The position numbers were made by a program, and so were the translations under genes. A stretch of 63,426 nt of DNA, filler included, from Lenisia limosa (taxonomy: Eukaryota > Protista > Breviatea), in NCBI GenBank assembly GCA_001655205.1. It is 13 parts of 13 records of this genome, joined end to end, with 100 filler letters (N's around TTAATTAATTAA, not from the genome) between each part and the next. Parts side by side here need not be neighbours in the genome. Positions count along the whole stretch, not along the records: positions 45,408 to 47,789 come from LPNZ01002439.1; positions 47,890 to 53,773 come from LPNZ01001210.1; positions 53,874 to 56,618 come from LPNZ01004653.1; positions 56,719 to 61,722 come from LPNZ01002151.1; 9 more parts are not named here. One strand, written 5' to 3'. Shown piece by piece: positions 45,825 through 56,766 of this stretch. The notes under the pieces were generated by a model. That model saw only the letters and a list, made by a program, of their open reading frames with translations, was not told where the DNA came from and did not search any database. How positions within the stretch are numbered: the first letter of the stretch is position 1; every line of letters starts with the position of its first letter.

Positions 45825-47311
45825 CTTAGGCTACATTCTGCCGGGACGCGACCATAAGACGAACTACTGCCGTGATGTCAATGGCTCTGTCGCTGTAGAA
45901 GTGGGGGGGGGGTAAGCACTGTCAAAACATTCAACCGTATAGTGACCAGGATAAGTCTTAACCGATTTGCTATGTGATTTCCAAAAGAAAATCGGTCAAG
46001 ACTTATCCCAGTCACTGTACATTATCTCTTATAAGCGTAATGGTGTGGAGTGCTTTAGCCCGATATAAGCGTAATGGTGTGGATACTGCTTATTATTATT
46101 GCCCATTCTCATTGTAATTTTTTAGGTGTGGAAGAACGGCGTGTATTACGACCTGGGCTCAACCCAATTTGTTGGGAACTACGATGAAGATTCGAGTNNN
46201 NNNNNNNNNNNNNNNNNNNNNNNNNNNNNNNNNNNNNNNNNNNNNNNNNNNNNNNNNNNNNNNNNNNNNNNNNNNNNNNNNNNNNNNGTCCATACCCAAA
46301 GAATTGCCAACTCACAACTAACACTGAAGGTCGCTGGGGGAACGCCTTCCTTACTCTGACCACCTGTCCTGTTGAGATGAAGGTGAGGGTCAAGGTATTG
46401 GTTTGATAGAAATATACAAACTCTGGTACAACCCGATCAACTTCGTTTTATTGTTGTTGAATTTGATCTCAAGAGAATAGCTCAAGTTATCAACTCAAAT
46501 GCATGCTCCGATATGATATGATATGATAAACTCTCACGCTTTAGACCCTCAATATCGATTCCGGTGAGCTGAGGGTAAGATACTTTTTTGCTGTCATCAC
46601 AATGAGAGAGGAAGGAGGGATAATGGTGTTCTTTTAGGATGATCATAGATTCCCTGGTATGTTTACTGTCCTGACAGTTTAGCGGTGTTTTTATTGGCCA
46701 ATAAACTTATCTACAAGTGGGACTACGATCAAGGTATTTACAGTGTAAGGAGGGAAGTGGTCTTGTCTATAAACGGGCGTTATGCCTTAGACATTCGAAA
46801 CTTGACCTAAGACCTTGTTTGACCTTTTTAGAACAAACGATGCGTCATTGACTGCTCAGTCATGGATAATTTCGCAACGAACGGCTTTACTGTGGGGGGG
46901 CAATTTCGCAACGAAGAGTCAAACGTGTGTTTATCCCCAAGATCTATCCCTCAGAATGTACTCTCCCTTCTTAAAACTATAGAATGTTGAGGTCTTTGCA
47001 AGACGTCTGGACTCGCGAGAGGCAGAGGAACTCCCAAAACTTGGAACAGTGTGTGGAGGGAAGGGGGGCACTCTTGTTTTTATGAAAATACTTGAACGTC
47101 ACTCCAATGTAGTCAACTTCCACTCACATCATTTACTATTGCACTCATTTAGGTCTTCATATAAGCACCACAAAGGAGATACCCATAAATCTCCCCAACT
47201 TAATCCCCCCCCCCCAGGCCGGGAACCCTGCAAGGTCATGTGATGACATCTTTGCTGCCAACGCCAACTCTCCGTCAGGGCCGTATTACGTGTCAGGGTA
47301 CTTCAAAACTG
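45825..47311 (+). CDS. Multi-exon extracellular protein fragment ending in a fibrinogen-like N-terminal motif
   Basis: Exons LGYILPGRDHKTNYCRDVNGSVAVE; VWKNGVYYDLGSTQFVGNY; GRWGNAFLTLTTCPVEMK; NKRCVIDCSVMDNFATNGFT; PKLGT|AGNPARSCDDIFAANANSPSGPYYVSGYFKT (47218-47311). Confidence 0.6.
45940..46017. mobile_element. MITE family D, best copy (about 29-bp TIR, TA flanks)
   Basis: TA-TAGTGACCAGGATAAGTCTTAACCGATTT...AAATCGGTCAAGACTTATCCCAGTCACTG-TA. Half copies near 11385, 13241, 36862-36918, 58580 and 59515-59567; variant at 48626-48708. Confidence 0.85.
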
Positions 47312-48017
47312 GTATGCCTCCACTCCTAAGAGGTATCATCATGTATATGATACAGTATGATATACATAATCATATGTTTTCAATTGTTCCTGGGGTTTAT
47401 ATGGTTTTGAATTGCTCCACACTAGATATTTTATGACATGGACCAAACCTTGGCAGCCTTATTTCAACCAAGCCATAAATAACTTTTAGGGCTCCCGGCA
47501 CCCCATGCTTCCTACTGCAAAATGAATGTCAACAACAAATGTGAGGCTTGCTCTATCTTTTTTTAAAAAAACCAATTTTTCTCCACTCCATAAAAGGCTC
47601 CATCTGGTCCATAAAAGGCGGCATCTGGTTGCGTACTACCCGTTTATCTTAACGATTTGATTTTATTGTCATTAAACAATCTACTATTCACCACCCCCCC
47701 TAGCATCTTATTCCCGCTTTTAGCATGGCAGTTGGCCGCGACTCTATCCGGAACCGAGCCCCTCACAAGAGGCTCAATCCTGGACCTCTNNNNNNNNNNN
47801 NNNNNNNNNNNNNNNNNNNNNNNNNNNNNNNNNTTAATTAATTAANNNNNNNNNNNNNNNNNNNNNNNNNNNNNNNNNNNNNNNNNNNNGACTGGCCTGG
47901 GTTATTTTTGTTTTAGAGTTAATTTTGGGCTTATTTTTTGTTTCATAAATTGTCTAATTGTACTCCCCCCTCCGACTCTTTATATTATTGTTATTTTACT
48001 CCCCTCCCCTACTGCAG

Positions 48018-51000
48018 TTCTCGTACTGTTATGACGGATATGGACCTCTTCCCGGACTCGATGGAGCCCTTCAGCGTTGGAAAAGGACTGATTAACCCTC
48101 CTGGTGGGGGGTGGATGGATTTTGAATGGAGGAACGGTGAAGAAAAACAGAGTAATTTAGAATTCAAAGCAAATTAGAGCTTCACTTTAGGTTCCAAAAA
48201 AGACTGAATCTCGATAATTCTCGATAAATATCGATATTTAATCCGTCTTTTGGAACCAAAAGTGAAGGTCTAGTAGATTGGAGATAAAGCGGTGAAGAAA
48301 ATCAGAGTAGGTGAAATTCGAAGCAAATCATCTCACCAAACACCCAAAAATGGCAGGGGTTGTGTGTGCTATGGGATATCTGTGGGGTGGGGGATATGTG
48401 TATGTATATGTTACTGAGGGGATAGGTTTATTTACGTGTTGGTAAGGGGGAGAGGTAATTGTTTTCTAGGTTGGGGTTGGATAGGGATGAGGACATGGTC
48501 CCACAGGTTAAGGGGGATTTGAAAATGAGCGGGTCTTTTTGAGAATGATATGGGGTGTCAGTATTCGGTTTGTATGAGGGAAGAAATGGTTTTGATAGCA
48601 TTCGTCATGGTGGTGTAGGTATAATATACTGACCTCGGTAAGTCTTGGCACGGATAGTGAGCTTTTTCAGTAGTCAATCGTGTCAGGACTTATCGCCGCG
48701 GTCAGTGTATATGTGTTCTGGGGAGAAGAACTAAAATTTTATTCATCTTGATTTCTCTTATAGACACATAGTATACCTAGTTAGTTTCGTACTTACACTC
48801 CAGGTAATCTTAAAACTCTCCCCGATCTTGCTGGTGCTACATTAGTTGTTCAAGACGGATTGACGGGACACTATATATACAAAACGTGGGGGGTGGGGCA
48901 CGGAAAGCTGCCTATACAGAGCTGTGAGTCAAATGATTGTGTTAATCCTGTTATTTTATATTCCAATATCTCCTATAAGCATGGTGTGGCTAGGTATGGC
49001 CAGATACAACCTGTTTTATTTCTCATTTCTATATAGTATATGATATCGTATGCATATACAAAACGTATGTGTGTGTGTGGGGGGTCTATGTTTGTATATC
49101 ATATGTAGTTAGGGTTTCTTATATCTTTTAAAGTTATTCTTCTGTTTTTCCAAAGGCTTTTTGAAGATGTCAAATATAAATATATAGTAACATATTATTT
49201 ATCGATATAATATGATATCTAGAATGGATTTTTTCTGTGTAGTAAACTCACATAATCTATTCCAGGAAAGTGGCTTCCCATGACAGGACAGCTGGAACTT
49301 TGAAAACGTCGGAGGAGCTGAATAACTCTGGTGAACCCGCACCACTCAGGCGATTCGCGAAATATTACGTGGAAGACAAGGTATGATGGGCGTTAGGAAG
49401 GATATAATATAAGTAGGACTCCCAGCAAAAATATTTTTGAAGAAATTGACATAATGAAAATGAAGAGTCAATAAGTCTCACAAATTTTGCAATTATTTTT
49501 TCAATTGATTGCACAGAGTCAGAAAATATTAATAAGGTGGATGTGTTTCACAAAAATAATGATGGGAATACGTTAAACATATCATGACTTGAGAAAAGGC
49601 GACCCAATAAAGTCATATCACTTTGTTCATTGTTGTCCTCACTTCACTGTTATGTACCGGTTCAATGCTGTAGAATATCGACCCATGTCTTTGTGAATCC
49701 AAATGAATCCCCCCTTCTATAGACTATCTCCTCTTAACATCTGCTGTTAAGTTCCCGGTCCTTTTTCTCTTCTCTTACCCCCACCCCCCACCCAGGTTTC
49801 TTTTCTTGATGCGCCCGGTGAGTATTTCTACGACCCAGCTACACGGATTCTGTATGTATACCCCCTAGAGGTATGATGATGGTGTTCAAGCATGGTTTAA
49901 TTTTGTTTATTGAATACTTTTGGTCTGTCTGCATTCTATGTATAATAGGTATAGTATTTACCCCTCTTCCGAGAGATAGTTCTTCTAATCATAGATATGC
50001 AATACATAATATACAATGTAGTACATATAATATCTGATAGAGGTGTCAGACCTATTGGATTCGTCTTTATTCAGAATATTTATTTTTACTTTTAGAGCAC
50101 CGAGTTTTCGTGGAGCAAGCTTGAATTTGTCCCCAATTCTAATGACGACATTTACGGGTTAGTCACTCAGGCTGAATAAGGAAGGCAACTCATCCAGATT
50201 CATTTTGTTCAACTGAAACATTAGAGATGTTTATACTATGAATCTGGAAACGTTTAGTTTCGAACATAAACGTTTCCAGATTCATAGTTTTACCTTCGAG
50301 ATGTTTAGTTTCTACTTTCACGTTTCCAGATTCATAGTGTCTAACAAGGCCTTCATCACATTGGACAATATTAGACTTCAAGGCTATGATGGGTAGGGCA
50401 TGTTTGTTTATTACATATTTACATATAAAAATATATTAATGCTACCTTCCAGGGGCTCGGAGCAAGCTGTGCCCCTGGAGTTGTGTATCAAGTGTATCAT
50501 TATGATTGGTATAATAAATAGTTTTTTTACTACTATAATTCGTTTATTTTTTCCTCCTTTTGAACTCCCACTCTATTTTTGCTTTTTTTTTTTTTTTTNN
50601 NNNNNNNNNNNNNNNNNNNNNNNNNNNNNNNNNNNNNNNNNNNNNNNNNNNNNNNNNNNNNNNNNNNNNNNNNNNNNNNNNNNNNNNNNNNNNNNNNNNN
50701 NNNNNNNNNNNNNNNNNNNNNNNNNNCGGAGTTCATGTTGGGAGGAGCGTATTTTGTTTTTGATTGATAGATGGATCTTGTTTCATGATAGTCGTTGAAT
50801 TGCATTTATAAGTCGATTTCAATATCACGTGTGTAAACTTATACATGTATAGGTTTGTTCGCAACGCAATTCGAATTGCGCGAGCCTTTTCCGCTGCCAA
50901 CCCCGTCCGCGACTGGAGCATCTCCTGTTCGAATGTGGGTGGTGACAACTAGTGTTCCGTGTAATGCAGTGGATAATGAATTACAACATCTGAAGTAGGA

Positions 51001-51900
51001 CACATACTAATATGTTTTTATTTTGGTCTTTACAAGATCAGATCCTTTCTTTCAATATATTTCACCTTTTTGCACAGAGGCCTTTTTCTTCTGAATGAAA
51101 CCACTAAATATAATAATTAAGGAGTCATTTGGAAAATATGTTATTAGTATAATGTCAGTATGATGAAAAATTGACAAGGTTTCACCCTCTTTTTTATTTG
51201 ATTTCTCGGATTATTTTAACGCTCTCACTATCAAGGTTGAGTACACATTTGGTGAAGCTGTCTACACGCTCAATTGGGGAACAGGTAAATTGGGTTAGTG
51301 GTGTGGGCAGTGGTACACACACGTCGCTATTCTCGTGTGTTATATTATGTATTTATTATATCTTTATAGACGTGAGAAACGATTTTTTTTGCTACAGTGA
51401 TCAGACGTCTTGCTTTGTGTTGATGTCTTCTTATTATCTTTATGCTTGCACAATGATATTTAACTATATTTAATAATATTTGGGCAGTTTTTTTTTATAA
51501 TTTTTCAAGGAACATCACATCGATGGGACTCCGAAGGAAAGTCAAGCATCTACTCCCTGTCTTTCCAAGGCAATACTTTCAGGTTGGCGACTCTCAAGAT
51601 TTGGTCTCTTTGTAATCAAATTGTTGGGAAGGGGTTTTTGAGGGTCTGTGTATTTCATTGGGGAGTTTCCCGCGGGTTGAGAACACCGTTGTAATTCTAT
51701 TGGGAGACTAAATGGTGAGTTGATGGTCACGTTCTTTATCAAGGATTAGTTTTGAAAGTTAATCGTGTTCAGAAAAACACAAAATCGTTTAACTTTTTCA
51801 GTGACTTGGCCCAAGACCCCATGGCTGGCTATGACTCGCGGGTTGGATTTGTGTTCAACCACCCGACTGCTTTGACCTTTACTGATAACGTTGTTACCAG
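48018..51900 (+). CDS. Probable secreted right-handed beta-helix (pectin-lyase-like/GH141-like) protein fragment
   Basis: RRFAKYYVEDK|VSFLDAPGEYFYDPATRIL (49796-49851) matches the LD.PGE(W/Y).D motif; later exons VSNKAFITLDNIRLQGYDG and SRVGFVFNHPTALTFTDNVVT. The exon chain is incomplete. Confidence 0.5.
48175..48273. mobile_element. MITE family A copy
   Basis: TAGAGCTTCACTTTAGGTTCCAAAA...TTTTGGAACCAAAAGTGAAGGTCTAG. Confidence 0.8.
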
Positions 51901-53716
51901 GTTAGCCCCCCCCCTCCCCCTTTCCTACCAACGCTGTTTTTGTTTTTGACTTAATGTCCCTTTTGGTGATTTTGCAGAGTCAAGTCAATCTTCATACTTT
52001 TCTAGTCAAATAGTCTTGTTAATTTTCGTGAAGCGTAATGACAGCCACCTTTTTTTCTTAGTGTATTAGGGTTGCACATAGTGGAATTTGGCTCAATGCA
52101 GGATCTGGCTCAATTGATGGTTTGAAGGGTTGTTGGATTGATATTGTGTTTTTTTCTCTTGGAATGAGATTTTAGTTAACAGTCTCGGTGTATTTTCTGA
52201 TTGTATGTCTTTGAAAGCTATTTCAGTTGTCGCAATTGGAGAATAAATCTTCTCAAGTTGAGAGGGGGGGGGGGGGGNNNNNNNNNNNNNNNNNNNNNNN
52301 NNNNNNNNNNNNNNNNNNNNNNNNNNNNNNNNNNNNNNNNNNNNNNTCACCGCGTTTCTGGATTTGGATCCACAATGGCGTATCACGTTGTAGAATCTTA
52401 AAGTCCAGGATCTTGCCATCTGCGCATACGAAGGTCGGGGTATCGGTTGAATTCCACCCGTTGCATTGAATAAGACTACAATGTGAAAGAAAATAAACTG
52501 ACACCTACATACCTTGTGGACAAAATATAGCCAGTCCATGGGCCACCAGTCTTGTTTCCTACCTCCTCTTTCTCTGCAACTAAATGACACACTTCTCAAA
52601 ATCTTCATCACATTCGCCCTACACGTTTTCAGGTAAATGTTCGCATATAACTATGGAAAATGTTGAATAAACCTTCAACTTTGTCTTTTGATGCCGCTCG
52701 CAGTGATGTGGTACATTTCTACCTGTGAAGTGCACACATCTATATCCATCACACATTAGCGTGAATATCCCTGAAGACCACTCATCAGAAAAATGTGGAG
52801 TATCCGGTTGCCCGGCCTCAATTGGAGACAGAGTTTGATGCAGGCATATCATCCCTGTACGCCTGCGCAATGAGCCACCACCGCTGGCTTTCAAAGCCAC
52901 CGGTCAATTCGGTTTTTTTACGACTTGGGGATCGTGCTGCGGCGTGTCGCCCGTCACATCTAGTATTTTACTAATTTAATACAAAAAAAACTTCAGAAAA
53001 AGCCGGCCACAATCCCATATCCATATTGAAGTGGTTAAGCGTTTATCACAGTTAAATTTATTATTGTTTCACAAGAATAATTCAGCGGAAATCCAGTGCT
53101 TGCTCTCTCAGAACAAAAAAAAACAACACGGACTAGCTATCCTGCAGCGAAACGCCGATGAACTGACGCATTGTCAACAGATAAAGACGAAGACTTATCT
53201 AAAAAAGAATAGTTACATTGGAGAGCCCCACGATCGATGACATGCACGTTATTTTCATCCTCACAGAGAACGTCGCCAACACGGAAGTAGTGAGTAGATT
53301 CCAACAAGTCAAGGGCTATCGGTGGCAGCACCATTGACAGGCCAAGGGCTGAGTGTCTTTGGTGAATAGAGTTGAGCTGAAAATATTTAAACTTATAAAA
53401 CAACCAACTCGATAAAGCCTCTTTGTCCTGGTTGATGCACGCATTTGACACTCATTGACTTTCACTGCATGTCTCAAAACTTCAATTAGTTTTTTTTTTG
53501 TCCGTATCATACCTTTTATAGATAGATCAAATGGGAGCGTTGAAAAACCAGGATACTCTACAACAAATTTTTTGACGATGATCCTCTGTTGTTTTTTTTT
53601 TTATGTACTCACATACAGTACATATGGCTGTTTATCGTTTTTGATTTTGATAGTTGAAGAAATTTGTACAGTTTTTGATTTTTTATTTGCTTAATTTTTT
53701 TTTATATAGCTACATG

Positions 53717-53773
53717 TATATGCTGCTGCACCAAAACCGTGTCATTAATTCAGAAACCGTGTCATTAATTCAG
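53717..53773. mobile_element. Family F candidate terminal repeat, second copy at contig end
   Basis: TATATGCTGCTGCACCAAAACCGTGTCATTAATTCAGAAACCGTGTCATTAATTCAG, near-identical to 23779-23829. Confidence 0.55.
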
Positions 53774-53873
53774 NNNNNNNNNNNNNNNNNNNNNNNNNNN
53801 NNNNNNNNNNNNNNNNNTTAATTAATTAANNNNNNNNNNNNNNNNNNNNNNNNNNNNNNNNNNNNNNNNNNNN

Positions 53874-54544
53874 TTGTAGCCCGCAGTGTCCGATTTGAGG
53901 CTTCCATGGCAGTTGGATTCTTTGACGCCCTCTCATGGGTCAATGATGCCAATTGGATGGAGGTGGGTGCAACGCTGATAGCACACAATTTTTTCAGAGA
54001 GGCAGCATCTATCTGAAAATAAGAACGGCATAGCGAAAGGAAAATACATAACAAAAGGGGGAAAGCCAGAAGAAAAGGGGTCTTTTCCATGATGGTACTT
54101 TTGAATCAAAGCGACTTTTATAGCTAAATCGATCTTTTGTTTCTGTTCTCGGCAGGGTTCCATTGATTGTGCAGGTTTTTGCGTCCACCGCTTACACCCT
54201 GGAGCACCTCCCCCAACCCCAGTCCAAGAAACAACCCGGAACTGGCGAAGCTCTGTTCACTGTTCTCTCTGGATATTGCACGGTATGCTCTTATTGCTTT
54301 TCCTTTCGCCTTCCCCTCCCACCAAAACTGTTGGTTGATATTTTTTTGTTTCATCTTTCGATTTTTCACTGCCCCCCCCCCCCAGGNNNNNNNNNNNNNN
54401 NNNNNNNNNNNNNNNNNNNNNNNNNNNNNNNNNNNNNNNNNNNNNNNNNNNNNNNNNNNNNNNNNNNNNNNNNNNNNNAGGTGCGGTGGCCGAGCCCCTG
54501 CCAAGAAAACGATGTTCGATATGTGGGAGGAAGATGAAGAGTAG
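53874..54544 (+). CDS. 3' exons of an unknown gene
   Basis: VARSVRFEASMAVGFFDALSWVNDANWME|...|VFASTAYTLEHLPQPQSKKQPGTGEALFTVLSGYCT; the frame of the last exon is ambiguous. Confidence 0.45.
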
Positions 54545-54872
54545 TCTTGTATTTTTATATTATGAATTTTGATGTTTCCCTGGAGTAGAGCTGTGATTAT
54601 ATTACATAGTTATAGGACATGCAATAATATCTTATGATATATATATATGCATATATTAAAACGATGCATAAATTTTCTACTAGTTTTTCATAGTAGTATT
54701 GTATGATAAATTTCATATTTCACACTAGTAGTAATCTATTATTACATGCTGTATGCCAATGAAAGGTTGGCTTAAACAACAAGCAAAAGACAACCACAAG
54801 GACAACTTAGGAAGTGTGCATGGTTTTTTAACATTGTGAAGCCAGAAGTGAATGAAATCAGAACAAACGGAG

Positions 54873-56580
54873 CTACTTTTTCAGAGTTCGCTGCTTCTCA
54901 GCCTTCTCAACAATCTGTTCGTGGACCTTCAGACCCTGAAATGTCAGAAGTCCATCTTTTCTCCATTACATACATAATATTTCCTCCTTTTGTAGCTTTC
55001 TATAGGCTTCATATTTGTGCTTTATTTCAAAAAAAGTAGAGCTTCACTTTCGGTTCCAAAAAAGGACTGAATTCTCTATTAGTCCTCAATAACTATTGAT
55101 ATTCGACAAGTTTCTTTGGAACCGACAGTGAAGCTCTTATAAAAAGCAACCCTCACTTTTCGTCTGCGAGTTGCGTTCATCAAGTCTCGAGCTGGGTTTC
55201 GCGACAAATCAAACTCACCGAAATCTTCAAGTTCCTCTGGGAGGGAATTATTGATTGTTATTAGGGATGCCACACGAAAGGATTTAAAAGTGATAATAGA
55301 TTCAAAACAGGATACGACCGAATTAAAGAAGCCACAATACCTTCGGTTGTTGGGATGTGGAAGGGATCATCAGGCATTGTTTCCCAATGGGAGAAAGACA
55401 TTTGTGGGTGGGCGTTGCCCGATGTTCGCGTTCGGAGCACTACACGAATATTAAAAAGAAAACCAATACCTACGATACTACCTTTACTATTCCTCATACA
55501 TGTAAAGGCAACTTTTCATGAACAAACTCATAATGCAGTATTATCTTTATTGAGTTATTTATGTCAGACTATACCATGTGCTAAACCCACGCTGTGCGAA
55601 ACCGAGGGAGTTGAAGACCGGCAACAGAGCAGTGACCACAAACACGTCACTTCCTTCACGGATGTCTTCTGAGAGCACCTTTCCTCGTCTCTGGGCAAGC
55701 ACTGCATGTACCTGTAAACAGTGAAACATGAGTATCAAAAATGACAATTCTATTACAGCTTGTGCTTCACTTCGGTTCGAAAAAAACCAGGAATATAGAT
55801 AGTTTTCAAGGATTTATCAAGAAATTCAGTCTTTTTTTGAACCGATGTGAAGCCCAAATTACAACAGAAACCTTTCAACAGAACAGCGAACAAACCTTCC
55901 CCAGGGACTCGCACGGGGCCTGTACCTCACACTTGAATACGGCTTCGGAGATGCGGNNNNNNNNNNNNNNNNNNNNNNNNNNNNNNNNNNNNNNNNNNNN
56001 NNNNNNNNNNNNNNNNNNNNNNNNNNNNNNNNNNNNNNNNNNCACGCTTATAAGAGATATTGGATTATACAGTAATGTGCAAGCATGTATATCTATACTT
56101 CCAGCTTTTTTGGACTGTTGGGAAACTTTAGCTAATTCAAAATAATGTTCATTCCAAATATCAATAAGAACCCATATAAGAACCCTACACTGTTGAGGGC
56201 TTTGACCATGCCTTCCTTGAATGCTGCAAGAAGTTTTCCTGAAGAAATGCCTAGGACGACTGCGATGGTAACATAATGGAGAGAAGAAGAGACGGAATAC
56301 TGTTTGATCACAATGATCACATGAAGAAAAGAATAGACCCAGCAAACGGTCCTCTTCTGAGTAGACAGGCCCGGCAATAAGAGGGCCTTCGGGGTCATCA
56401 GGGTTGGGGATACCCTCAGACGGCTTGATACTCTCAATCAGCAGTGCTGTGCCCTGTAGTGTTATAATTGCTTGTTTGAGTCGTAAAATTTCCATCAAAA
56501 GCAGAATAGCTACAAAGAACAAGAGCCAACCAAAATGGGTTCTGCACAGAGCGGACCTGCCCGAGAGGAGAGCTGGAATC
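54873..56580 (-). CDS. EFL1: Elongation factor-like GTPase 1 (EFL1/Ria1), C-terminal part
   Basis: GFQLLSRAGPLCAEPIL|GTALLIE...|GKLLAAFKEGMVKAL..RISEAVFKCEVQAPCESLGK|VHAVLAQRRGKVLSEDIREGSDVFVVTALLPVFNSLGFAQ|LRTRTSGNAHPQMSFSHWETMPDDPFHIPTTE|...NPARDLMNATRRRK|GLKVHEQIVEKAEKQRTLKK*. Confidence 0.93.
55037..55139. mobile_element. MITE family A copy in an EFL1 intron (another at 55762-55855)
   Basis: TAGAGCTTCACTTTCGGTTCCAAA...TTTGGAACCGACAGTGAAGCTCTTA. Confidence 0.8.
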
Positions 56581-56766
56581 CTGGGGGTTAGCACTCATAA
56601 ACACACTATACAAGAGTANNNNNNNNNNNNNNNNNNNNNNNNNNNNNNNNNNNNNNNNNNNNTTAATTAATTAANNNNNNNNNNNNNNNNNNNNNNNNNN
56701 NNNNNNNNNNNNNNNNNNAGACATCAACGTATCTATCACTGCTCTCCCATTTCCCCCGTAGCTAAC

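Noticed and set aside
45825-45900. Kringle domain (NYCRDVNG)
   Set aside because: Only a partial match to NYCRNPD; the other kringle cysteines and WCY were not found in visible exons.
50190-50381. Minus-strand repeat-protein ORF
   Set aside because: It arises from a short intronic repeat (GTTTCCAGATTCATAG) and overlaps a plus-strand exon.
52619-53510. Gene(s) at 52.6-53.5 kb
   Set aside because: Plausible readings exist on both strands, but no consistent splice model or motif allowed a choice.
10312-56580. Cluster of 60S maturation genes (ZNF622 and EFL1)
   Set aside because: They are on different contigs separated by several artificial spacers; co-occurrence is uninformative.
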